Below, one piece after another: positions 53,575-62,114 of a stretch of DNA of 64,000 nt. The DNA is from Planctomycetota bacterium (GTDB lineage: Bacteria; Planctomycetota; UBA8108; SXIK01), in contig OZ244999.1 of assembly GCA_965223265.1 (NCBI GenBank), positions 1,248,001-1,312,000 on the forward strand, in the 5' to 3' direction. The number at the start of each line of letters is the position of its first letter. Within the stretch, counting starts at the first letter, position 1. Below the pieces are notes generated by a model. It searched no databases, was not told the DNA's origin, and saw only the letters and a list, made by a program, of their open reading frames with translations. Position numbers and translations under genes: made by a program.

Positions 53575-53817
53575 ATCGATTGGGTTGATGGCTCGGGATC
53601 TTCGCGTTGGTCTTTCTCCTATCGTCGCGTTTTGTGTCTGCCAACACCAGAGGATTGTCCGGCGCAGGACTATACTAGATGTGCCGGTGGCCGTGATCAT
53701 TCGGCTGTGTGGACGCGCGCTTCGGCTGCCATACGCCGTGCTTCGGTGAAGTTCGGGAGTCGGTACTCTACGACCACCCAGGATTCGTGAAGACATGATC
53801 CTCAGTGGAGATCCTCT

Positions 53818-55077
53818 ATGAGAACGAGACAGACCAGGTGCTTTGTTCAGAGTCCCGCTTTCGGGTTGGCGATCTGTCTGTTGGTCGCTAACTCCTCTGC
53901 GTATGCCGACGGTAAGTACTTCGTCCGTCCCGAGGATCCGAGACCCGGCGAGCCATATCAGCGGGCGTTGATCTTGCACGACAGCGGCAAGGAGTTTCTT
54001 CTTGTCCAGCCACTGGTTGAGGGACCAGCGGACGACTTCGCCTGGGTTGTGCCTGTTCCCAACGTGCAGGCTGTGGGACATCTCGATGCTGATGACGCTG
54101 ACGAGATTTTCTACTACTTGGCTATGTTTTCGCTTCCTGATGCCTTGCGCGTGGGCCGGGTCGTTGCGTTCGTGGTGGTTGGCTTGGGCGCGGTCGTCGC
54201 GTTTTGCCTCAAGCGCAAAGCGATCGCGTGGGGCCTTAGTGTCCTGTTTTTGGTGCTCGGGTGGGAGGCTATGCCATCGCTGAGCCGTCCAGCGGCTAGA
54301 GGTGTCGAAATTGTGGCGGAGGCGCGTGTCGGTGTCTACGACACCAAGATTCTCAAGGCATCCGACCCTTCCGCTCTCAAGTCGTGGTTCGACGAGCATG
54401 GCTTCACGTTCGCCTCGGAGGACGAGAGCGTCTTCCGCGCCTACATCGAGCGCGGTTGGAGTTTTGTCGCCGCGCGCATCGTCGTCGATCAGCCTAAGAA
54501 TCGCGAGGATCTCTCGGAGAGAGGTTGGCTCCAGCCTCTCGCGATTCTGTTCGACACGGACGTGCCGGTTTATCCCTACGCTCTCACGGCGACGCTGGAT
54601 CATGCGGTCAACGTGCAGCTGTACGTTGGATCCTCCCAGCGAGTGACGTCGGCGCCACTGGAGACACAGTTCGCCGGCCGCTTGCCGCGGCTCCCGCCAC
54701 CGTGGCATGACGAAGAGCACGAAGAGCACGAAGAGCACGAAGAGCACGAAGAGCACGAAGAGCACGAAGAGCACGAAGAGCACGAAGAGCACGAAGAGCA
54801 CGAAGAGCACGAAGAGCACGAAGAGCACGAAGAGCACGAAGAGCACGAAGAGCACGAAGAGCACGAAGAAGTGGCCAGGTCAAATTTCGCGGTCACACCC
54901 GGCCTCTACGTCCAGTGGGCGATCGGCGCCGACACGGACCCAGGTGTGATTCGTTTCGAGAACGCGCAGTGGCTCACCACTCTGCAGGCGAAGATTGAAC
55001 CCGGAACAGCGAGCGACGACTTCTTGCTGACGCCAGTCCCTAACGCATCCTTCCAGCGCACGTTGTGGCGCTGGTGA
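53818..55077 (+). CDS. DUF2330-like membrane protein with an (EEH)17 insertion
   Basis: QRALILH, DFAWVVPVP, VGVYDTKIL, YIERGWSFVAAR, LQPLAILF motifs; internal TM segments. Confidence 0.75.
   Translation: MRTRQTRCFVQSPAFGLAICLLVANSSAYADGKYFVRPEDPRPGEPYQRALILHDSGKEFLLVQPLVEGPADDFAWVVPVPNVQAVGHLDADDADEIFYYLAMFSLPDALRVGRVVAFVVVGLGAVVAFCLKRKAIAWGLSVLFLVLGWEAMPSLSRPAARGVEIVAEARVGVYDTKILKASDPSALKSWFDEHGFTFASEDESVFRAYIERGWSFVAARIVVDQPKNREDLSERGWLQPLAILFDTDVPVYPYALTATLDHAVNVQLYVGSSQRVTSAPLETQFAGRLPRLPPPWHDEEHEEHEEHEEHEEHEEHEEHEEHEEHEEHEEHEEHEEHEEHEEHEEHEEHEEVARSNFAVTPGLYVQWAIGADTDPGVIRFENAQWLTTLQAKIEPGTASDDFLLTPVPNASFQRTLWRW
54712..54864 (+). repeat. Perfect tandem repeat (GAAGAGCAC)x17, in frame
   Basis: 153 bp with no mismatches, followed by partial gaagaa. 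Confidence 0.97.
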
Positions 55078-55093
55078 TCTTTAGGTCGGCGTG

Positions 55094-55122
55094 AGCTCGA
55101 GTTTGGCCATTTCGCGTCGAGC
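55094..55122. repeat. Solo copy of the element A terminal repeat
   Basis: agctcgagtttggccatttcgcgtcgagc is the exact reverse complement of 36186-36214; lies between convergent genes. Confidence 0.85.
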
Positions 55123-55168
55123 AATTCTCCGCCGCGGCAGTCGAGAGATTCTCCGGGTCCACAAAAGG

Positions 55169-56434
55169 CTATCTCTCCCATGGACTCTGATCGACCTCGA
55201 CGTCCATCTGTTGCAGCACCTGCAATGCGGCGCGACGGGATTCCGACGGGTTCGCGTCGATCGTCTCGCCTTTGACCGGGTCGTACGTCGAGAATTCTCT
55301 CTCGATCTGATATCGGTGATGTCGAGCTAACGTCGGTGCTTCCTTGAGTTGGCGAATCGTCTCGACGTAGCGACTCAGTTCGTCGTCGCTCAGCTCGCCC
55401 AGGGTGATCCTTTCGCGATCGATGAGCTTCTGGACGAAGAGGTCTCGGACCCAAGTGGCAGTCGTATTCGATTGCTGGATCGATTCGATCACCTTCCACG
55501 CTCGAGGCTGTGTTTGGCCATAGCCAAAACGCGGTGGTGGATCCCAGTGTGGAGGGAACTCGGCGCGTTCCCTGGACGACATGAAAGCCACTGCTTCAGC
55601 GACATGTCCGGACTCCAGCAGTCGTTCCGCTTTCGATCGGTTTTGCTGTTCCGGCTGTGTGATCGGCAGGAGGGCGGCACCGAGCAGTACAAGCCCAGCA
55701 GCAGTCAGCCACAGGGCGCCAGAGACTCGTCGCTGCGGCACACGAGATTGCGAGTCGACTTCAACCGGGACGGTTTGACGTTTCGCGATCGCAGACCGAA
55801 TAGTCCCGCAGAGCCAAATCGGCAAGGAGGCGACACCTATGAGTCCCGTGATGAGCGACGTTCCTTGAATGGCTGCTTCGCTTTCGCTAAGCCGTATGCC
55901 TCCCATGATGCTGAAGACCGGCAGAGGTGTTAAGTAGAGAATGATCAGCACTAGGACATCGGAGAAGAGCATCACGGGAAAGAGACTCTTCAAGAACGAG
56001 ACGCGGAATAAGACGCCCGACACTCGGGTGATGAGCAGCACTCTCCAAAGCGCCACAAGAGCAAGAAGCATCAGATTGAAGCGCACCGCGCCCACTGGCG
56101 ATAGGAAGCGCTCGATGGGGATGGCGTAGAGCCATGCCAGCGGCGCGGTCATCCAGAAACAAGCGAGGAAGGTTCTGTAGTCAGGAGACGTCCCCTCGCG
56201 GCGCAGAACGAGTCGGAGCACGGCGAACAGAAGCAGCGATGAAACGATCGATGCACCGAGCGGGATCAAAAGATGCCACGGTTCAGCCAGTAGGTCCTCG
56301 CCGTCGTACTCGCGGGCCAGCCCGGCTGAGATGACGAAAGCGAGCCCCAACCAGAGGGCGCTCCGACAACTGGCAACCTGCTCGATGGCATGCGGGCGTC
56401 CGGCGAGGAACTCTCTGAGTGACTGTAGATTCAC
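55169..56434 (-). CDS. Polytopic membrane protein
   Basis: GTG start just after the radical SAM stop; multiple TM helices; AREYDGEDL and FWMTAPLAWLYAIP motifs. Confidence 0.75.
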   Translation of the reverse strand: MNLQSLREFLAGRPHAIEQVASCRSALWLGLAFVISAGLAREYDGEDLLAEPWHLLIPLGASIVSSLLLFAVLRLVLRREGTSPDYRTFLACFWMTAPLAWLYAIPIERFLSPVGAVRFNLMLLALVALWRVLLITRVSGVLFRVSFLKSLFPVMLFSDVLVLIILYLTPLPVFSIMGGIRLSESEAAIQGTSLITGLIGVASLPIWLCGTIRSAIAKRQTVPVEVDSQSRVPQRRVSGALWLTAAGLVLLGAALLPITQPEQQNRSKAERLLESGHVAEAVAFMSSRERAEFPPHWDPPPRFGYGQTQPRAWKVIESIQQSNTTATWVRDLFVQKLIDRERITLGELSDDELSRYVETIRQLKEAPTLARHHRYQIEREFSTYDPVKGETIDANPSESRRAALQVLQQMDVEVDQSPWER

Positions 56435-56447
56435 AGCGTGATCCCCT

Positions 56448-57761
56448 TCAAGACTTAGATAGCCGAGGATTGCGTTTCCAGACCTCTCGCCGAATGCGAT
56501 TTCGGCGCTCTGTGGCCGCCGGGCCGTGAACAACTGCCAGAACTCGACGGAATCCGGATTCCAGCTGCTCAACGCTCATGTTGTCCGGAGTGTACGTCAC
56601 ATCAAGGAGCGTATAGTGCGACCAACCGCGGTAGGGGAGCAAGCGACCGCGCTTCTTCAAACGATGATATAAGGCGGTTCCAGGAAACGGTGTCTGTACG
56701 GTCACCTGAACCTCCGCGAACGGGCTGCCCAGAATGAATTCGGTGAGCGCGTGCAAGGACGCGTCCGTTTCTCCTTCCGCGCCGGCGATGAAGCAGCCAT
56801 TGACTGCGACGCCGGCCTCCTGAATGGCTCGAACGGCGTCGAGCACGCGCTCCATCTCCGCCTGCTTGGCGCCCATACCAGGATAGCGGAAGACGAGCGA
56901 TTCGATGCCGACGAGCAGTTGCACACAGCCAGAGGCGGCCAAGCTTCTGAGCAATTCCGGGCGCTCGCCGATCCGCCAGTCGGCTTCAGTGAAGTAGCGC
57001 GTCTCTGCCGCCCCGAGCACTTCCAAAAGCGGTTCGGGGTCCCTGGGCCCGACGAACGTGCTGTCATCCGCCAGTTCGATCCATGGTTTCGGAGACATCT
57101 CGCAGAGGGCATCGACTTCGGCCTGAATTCGCTCCAGGGGTTTCTCCCGCAGCGGCCCGAGCAGGCGACTCGCGCCGCAAAAGTCGCACGCCATGGTGCA
57201 GCCGCGCTCGGTTTGGAGTGTCCAGCGCGCCGGCTTTCGGACTCCCAAGAGATCGAACCGAGGCATGGGCGCGCGGGACAGATCGAACGCGGCGTCGGCT
57301 CGATAGAGCGTTTTGAGTTCGCCAGCGGCGGCGTCTGACAAGACCTCCTGCCAAACCGATTCGCCGTCGCCGACGGCGACCGCGTCGACCGAGAGCTGAG
57401 CTTCGGCGGAGCAGGTCGTCGCGTGCAGACCACCGATGACTGTGCGAACTCCACGCTCGCGCACCTGACGGCAGAAGGCGTAAGCATCGTTGACGGAGGC
57501 GGTGAGGGCCGAGACCGCGAGGAGGTCGGGCTGCTGGGAAAGGACTGTGTCGAGAAGCTTTTCGGTGTCCTGCGAGCCATCGTGATAGCTGCACTGCCAT
57601 GGCTCGGGAGTCATACCCGCCAATGTCAGCAGACCGAGGGCAGGAAGTTCTTCCAATGCAGCCACTCGCGGCTTGAGTCCGGGCAGCGTCAAGCCGAGTT
57701 CGCGCAGCTCGTCAGAGCAGATGCGCAGACCGGTGAACGGTACGAAGGCGACGTGGGGCAT
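56448..57761 (-). CDS. B12-binding domain radical SAM protein
   Basis: LGLLTLAGMTP, VIGGLHAT, GDGE, TERGCTMACDFC (CxxxCxxC), GIES, TPFPGTALY; ATG 57761. Confidence 0.92.
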   Translation of the reverse strand: MPHVAFVPFTGLRICSDELRELGLTLPGLKPRVAALEELPALGLLTLAGMTPEPWQCSYHDGSQDTEKLLDTVLSQQPDLLAVSALTASVNDAYAFCRQVRERGVRTVIGGLHATTCSAEAQLSVDAVAVGDGESVWQEVLSDAAAGELKTLYRADAAFDLSRAPMPRFDLLGVRKPARWTLQTERGCTMACDFCGASRLLGPLREKPLERIQAEVDALCEMSPKPWIELADDSTFVGPRDPEPLLEVLGAAETRYFTEADWRIGERPELLRSLAASGCVQLLVGIESLVFRYPGMGAKQAEMERVLDAVRAIQEAGVAVNGCFIAGAEGETDASLHALTEFILGSPFAEVQVTVQTPFPGTALYHRLKKRGRLLPYRGWSHYTLLDVTYTPDNMSVEQLESGFRRVLAVVHGPAATERRNRIRREVWKRNPRLSKS

Positions 57762-57810
57762 GGAGGTGTTGTAACGACGCAGGGCGCTTTTGCAAACGCA
57801 GCGTTGGACG

Positions 57811-57962
57811 GAGGCGGAGGCAGAGGCGGAGGCAGAGACAGAGGCAGAGGCGGAGGCAGAGACAGAGGCAGAGGCGGAGGCAGAGACAGAGGCAGAGGCG
57901 GAGGCAGAGACAGAGGCAGAGGCAGAGGCAGAAGAGACGGGCCGCCCACGCCCACGCTCACG
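57811..57962. repeat. Left composite repeat: 20 purine-rich hexamers (GAGGCA/GAGGCG/GAGACA, 24-bp period) + core GAAGAGACGGGCCGCC + CACGCC run
   Basis: Read directly from the sequence. Confidence 0.92.
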
Positions 57963-58026
57963 ATCGAGTCGGAGCCGGAGAAGATGTGTTGCTTGAGTGG
58001 CGTGCGGCGGCGGCTGTGTCGATCTT

Positions 58027-58152
58027 AACCGCAGCAGAGCCGGCCTCAAGGGTGCCCTCGCTGCGCTCGGCGCTTCGCGCCCTTGACCCCGTCTCTGCTG
58101 CGGTTGGTGGCAGTGAAACGCCGCCGCGTCGTGCGTCGGCGACAGTTCACTG
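58027..58152 (+). other. Structured leader: long imperfect stem-loop plus a second hairpin upstream of the four-helix-bundle gene
   Basis: aaccgcagcagagccggcctcaaggg / cccttgaccccgtctctgctgcggtt (58027-58105); cagtgaa..cgccg/cggcg..ttcactg (58111-58152). Confidence 0.7.
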
Positions 58153-58172
58153 GCCGTTGACCGGAGTCACAC

Positions 58173-58496
58173 ATGAGCTTTCTTGCTCTGGATCACTCTT
58201 TTTGCATCGTCCGTCAGCTGCGTCCTCTTGTCTCGAGCGTTCGTCGTCACGACTCGAAGCTCGCGGCTCAGCTGCGCGACGCTGGTTCGTCCGTGGCACT
58301 CAACCTTGGCGAGGGCAATCGGCGTCAGGGTCGTGACCGCGGACATCTTTGGCGCATCGCTTCGGGCAGCGCTGAAGAGGTGCGCACGGCGCTTCGTGTT
58401 GCCGAAGCTTGGGGCTACATCGATGCATCGCACACCTCTGCGGTGCTCGCGGACATCGATGCGCTGCAGGCGATGCTCTGGAAGCTGACGCACTGA
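58173..58496 (+). CDS. Four-helix-bundle protein (23S rRNA IVP / bAvd-like family)
   Basis: LAAQLRDAGSSVALNLGEG, IASGSAEEVRTALRVAEAWGYI, MLWKL; SD ggag. Confidence 0.9.
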   Translation: MSFLALDHSFCIVRQLRPLVSSVRRHDSKLAAQLRDAGSSVALNLGEGNRRQGRDRGHLWRIASGSAEEVRTALRVAEAWGYIDASHTSAVLADIDALQAMLWKLTH

Positions 58497-58542
58497 GGCG
58501 AGGGCCTCGGGCCCGCTGTGCGTTGTTTAGTGCGGCGGGTTT

Positions 58543-58610
58543 GAGGCGGAGGCAGATGCAGAAGAGACGGGCCGCCGACGCCCACGCAAACGCCCACGCA
58601 AACGCCCACC
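58543..58610. repeat. Right composite repeat: 3 hexamers + the same core + CACGCA/AACGCC run
   Basis: gaggcggaggcagatgca-gaagagacgggccgcc-gacgcccacgcaaacgcccacgcaaacgcccacc; 42/45 identical to 57913-57957. Confidence 0.88.
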
Positions 58611-58952
58611 GAGGCGAAACTACACAGCCTTTCCTTGGCGCCGTTCGCTTTCCTTGGGCCGCACACTTGGAAGGAGAACTTGTCGACGCGTATCTATGGC
58701 CTGTTCTCCTTACCACGCTGGATGTCGGCGCGACTCGTTCGAGGCACGAAGAACCGCCGGATTCGCTGGTTTCACTTCAGGGGGCGTGCGGGTAGAACGG
58801 ATGGGGCTGACGTCAACGAACTCAAGGCGCTACCTGTCGAGCGCTTTACGATCGGAGAATTGCGGACGCACCGACGGGTCGCCTTCGTTCCCTGACTTCG
58901 GACGCGTTTGCAGGGATGAGAGAGACCGCTAAGGCGGTGATTCGAGGACTTT

Positions 58953-60893
58953 GTGCTGAAACCATTCTTTGCATCCTTTCTTCTCGGGGTCATCTTCCTA
59001 TTCACCGTCAACGATCGGCTTCGAGCACAGAACTTGAGCGTCGTTTCGGTGACACCAGCGCGTCACAGCCTCAGTGCGCCCGTCAACTCGACGATCACCA
59101 TCGAGTTCGACCGGCCACTTTCTCGGGCGACGGTTGTACCAGAAAGCTTTTGGGCGTTCGGTCGCTGGAGTGGGACCGTCTCCGGTACCTACACGTTTTC
59201 TAACGACGATCAGATGGTCGCGCTGGTGCCGGATCGGCCGTTTTCAGCTGGTGAGACCGTCATGGTCATTCTCTCGCATGACCTGCAGGCCACCGACGGA
59301 TCGTTCTTGCGCCAGGCCGGCTACTCGTATCAGTTCTGGACTCGAGCTGCTGCCGCCGCGATGGAATTTCATCGCACCGACGTCCTTTCGACGCGCACGA
59401 CGACGCAGACTAGGACGTACGGAGGTTTTGCATCTGACTTGAACCGCGACGGCTGGCTCGACCTCTCCATGGTCCACGAGGACTCGGCGGATGTGCGCGT
59501 CTTTTTGAACACTGCTGACGGCTCGGGGAGCTTCGAGCCGTTTCTCGAGCCGACGACTCCGGTGGGCGCGGGCGCCAGTCCCAACGAGCCAGCCGACTTC
59601 AACCATGATGGCCACGTAGATGCCTGCGTCGCCAACAGCGCTCACGACACTGTGTCGATTTTGCTCGGTAACGGTGATGGGACTTTTCAGCCGCAGCAAG
59701 TGGTGGACGTGGGTGGAACTCCAAGAGGAGTCGCAGTTCTTGACGCCGACGGAGACGGGGACATCGACATCGTTTCGACGAGCGACACGGAAAGCCACTT
59801 GGCGTATCTGGAGAACGACGGAGCTGGCGTCTTCGCCGATCCCGTTTTCTTCGAAGCTGGCGGTACCCGTCGCGAGTGGGCTCTCGCAGCTAGCGACATG
59901 AATGACGACGGAATCCTCGACTTGGTCGTTGGGAACCGCTCCGGTGGCGGCACATCCGGGGAGATCGTGATCAACCTTGGCAACGGCGACGGCACTTTCA
60001 CCGCGCTTCCTGACGTGCACCTGACGATCGGCCGAGTCTGGATGCTCGTCTGCGGAGATTTGAACGGTGATACCCACGAAGACGTCGCGCTGTGCAACAT
60101 TAACAACAGCAACGCTGCCGTCGGCGGCGCAGCCATCTTGCTAGGTAACGGCGACGGTACTCTGCAGACCGCCGTGGACTACCCGATTTCGAGATTCGAT
60201 CCGACGTCAACAGACCTAGGTGATCTCGATGGTGACGGAGACCTGGACTGGATGGTGGGCGCATCAACTGCACCTGGCCGGTGGTCGATCTTTACGAACG
60301 ACGGGAATGGAGTGTTTACGTTGTTCGAGGAAATCCCTGCGGCGCGTTCAGCTTCGTGCACTCTCATGCTCGACTTCGACAACGACGGCGACCTCGACCT
60401 GGGGCTGGTCGATGAGTTTAGCGACACGGTCACGTTGATGGAAAGCCGTGAGCCTCTGGACTGCAATACAAACGAGATCAGTGATCGCACGGACATCCGG
60501 GACGGGACGAGCCAGGACTGCAACTTGAACGAAATTCCAGACGAGTGTGACATCGAGAGTGACGTATCTGCGGATCTCAACGAAAACGGTGTGCCCGATG
60601 AGTGTGAATTGAACTTCCTTCGCGGCGAGTGCAACGACGACGGCGAAGTCGACGTGTCGGACGCCGTGTGCATTCTCGATTGGCGCTTCGGGAACCTTCC
60701 GGAGCCGAGTTGTGTCGCCGCGACCGACACGAACGGCGACGCCGACGTTGATATTTCCGACGCAATCTGGCTCCTCAATTTTCTGTTTCTGGAAGACACT
60801 CCTCCACCGACCGAGCCGTTCCCCGATTGCGGGCCGAGTTCCTTAGTGGCCGACGATGAGCTGGGATGTGTGGCGTCGATGGACTGTCCGTAG
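58953..60893 (+). CDS. Exported Ig-like (Big_5) + FG-GAP/VCBS repeat protein with C-terminal dockerin
   Basis: Signal peptide; ITIEFDRPL Ig-like domain; repeats DLNRDGWLDL, DFNHDGHVD, DADGDGDID; DCNxNxIPDEC repeats; FLRGECNDDGEVDVSDAV..AATDTNGDADVDISDAIWLL. Confidence 0.9.
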   Translation: MLKPFFASFLLGVIFLFTVNDRLRAQNLSVVSVTPARHSLSAPVNSTITIEFDRPLSRATVVPESFWAFGRWSGTVSGTYTFSNDDQMVALVPDRPFSAGETVMVILSHDLQATDGSFLRQAGYSYQFWTRAAAAAMEFHRTDVLSTRTTTQTRTYGGFASDLNRDGWLDLSMVHEDSADVRVFLNTADGSGSFEPFLEPTTPVGAGASPNEPADFNHDGHVDACVANSAHDTVSILLGNGDGTFQPQQVVDVGGTPRGVAVLDADGDGDIDIVSTSDTESHLAYLENDGAGVFADPVFFEAGGTRREWALAASDMNDDGILDLVVGNRSGGGTSGEIVINLGNGDGTFTALPDVHLTIGRVWMLVCGDLNGDTHEDVALCNINNSNAAVGGAAILLGNGDGTLQTAVDYPISRFDPTSTDLGDLDGDGDLDWMVGASTAPGRWSIFTNDGNGVFTLFEEIPAARSASCTLMLDFDNDGDLDLGLVDEFSDTVTLMESREPLDCNTNEISDRTDIRDGTSQDCNLNEIPDECDIESDVSADLNENGVPDECELNFLRGECNDDGEVDVSDAVCILDWRFGNLPEPSCVAATDTNGDADVDISDAIWLLNFLFLEDTPPPTEPFPDCGPSSLVADDELGCVASMDCP

Positions 60894-61116
60894 CTCGGGC
60901 GGTCGAGGGCGCGCGTGAGGGCCAGTGAGAGAGTCCGAAAGATCGTTGTGTCACGGCGCAACCTTCGTGATGCACGTCCCGGGAGGATCCGAGCGAGTCT
61001 AGGCTACTGCATCGCGGACGATTGCTTACTGCACGGCGGCAACTCGTGTAGACTGAAGGCGCTATCAACACCCTCGGTCAACACCACACAGTCAGCACCA
61101 CTCAAGGCACGGAAGC

Positions 61117-62055
61117 ATGTCCGAGTCTTTCACCCGTCGACAGTTATTCCTTTCTGCCGCCGCCGGCATGGCTGGCTCTGCGGCGCATGGGCTGACCACG
61201 ACGACCGACGCGTTGGCCGAACCGTCCCGTTCGCCGAGCGACTCGGTCGATCGGATCGCCGCGATCGATGTCCACGGGCACTACGGCAATTACAACCGCA
61301 CCGAGGCGACCGGACTGATCAAGGAATTCATGTCGGCGAGCGCCGCTGCGGTGGTGGAACGGGGGCTCCAGGCGGGTGTTCACTGGACGATCGCTTCGCC
61401 CTTGCAGGCACTTCTGCCGCGCCGCGGGGCAGACCCCGTCGGCGGGAACGACGACGCGTTTCGCACCGTGCCGAAGACTGACGGTATGCTGCAGTGGGTC
61501 GTCGTTGACCCTCTGAAGCCGAAGACGTACGAGCAGGCCAAGCTCATGCTGCGTTCGCCGCACTGCGTTGGCATCAAGATGCACCCGGAGGAGCACGACT
61601 ACCCGATCACCAAGTACGGCGCGGAACTCTTCAAGTTCGCCGCCGACCACGCCAAGGTGCTCTTGTTTCACAGTGGCTGCCAAAACAGCGAGCCGGGCGA
61701 CTACGTCAAGCTCGCCGACGATCACCCTGACATGACGGTGATCCTCGCGCATCTCGGCAACGGTCATGACGATGACCCGGCGCACCAAGTGCGCGCCATT
61801 CAAGACAGCAAACGCGGCAACCTTTACGTCGACACTTCGAGCGCGAAGAGCATCCTCCCGGGGCTCATCGAGTGGGCCGTCAAGGAGATCGGCGCCGGCC
61901 AGATTCTCTTCGGCACGGATACGCCGCTCTACTTCGCGCCGATGCAGCGTGCGCGCATCGATCACGCCGCGATCAGCTACGCCGACAAGCGGAAGATCCT
62001 TTGGGGGAACGCGGCGCGGATCTTTGGCCTGGAGGAGCGAAGGGCGAAGAAGTAA
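61117..62055 (+). CDS. Tat-exported amidohydrolase family protein
   Basis: TRRQLFL; IDVHGH, GIKMHP, ILAHLG, ILFGTDTP, NAARIF. Confidence 0.9.
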   Translation: MSESFTRRQLFLSAAAGMAGSAAHGLTTTTDALAEPSRSPSDSVDRIAAIDVHGHYGNYNRTEATGLIKEFMSASAAAVVERGLQAGVHWTIASPLQALLPRRGADPVGGNDDAFRTVPKTDGMLQWVVVDPLKPKTYEQAKLMLRSPHCVGIKMHPEEHDYPITKYGAELFKFAADHAKVLLFHSGCQNSEPGDYVKLADDHPDMTVILAHLGNGHDDDPAHQVRAIQDSKRGNLYVDTSSAKSILPGLIEWAVKEIGAGQILFGTDTPLYFAPMQRARIDHAAISYADKRKILWGNAARIFGLEERRAKK

Positions 62056-62114
62056 TCGGATACCTGACACGAAGGCGACCGCGCGGAACCGTGGCGGCGT
62101 TAGCCGAACGCCGC

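Noticed and set aside
53575-54864. 1411-aa ORF N-terminal extension (MLFVLFV...)
   Set aside because: Antisense read-through of the DUF2330-like gene and its 9-bp repeat; the PSD1 gene starts near 53574.
54712-54864. CRISPR array
   Set aside because: Head-to-tail 9-mers with no spacers and no cas genes.
57762-58049. Ser/Ala-repeat N-terminal extension of the radical SAM ORF and other repeat-derived ORFs
   Set aside because: Products of the stop-free hexamer array; family similarity begins at MPHVAF (57761).
12807-58496. A diversity-generating retroelement assembled from the RT fragment, DUF1566 gene and Avd-like gene
   Set aside because: The parts are 8-45 kb apart, the RT is a broken group II intron type, and I found no adenine-variant TR/VR pair.
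58680-58895. Small ORF with an aaggag SD and TTG start
   Set aside because: No recognisable family and weak coding signal; left unannotated.
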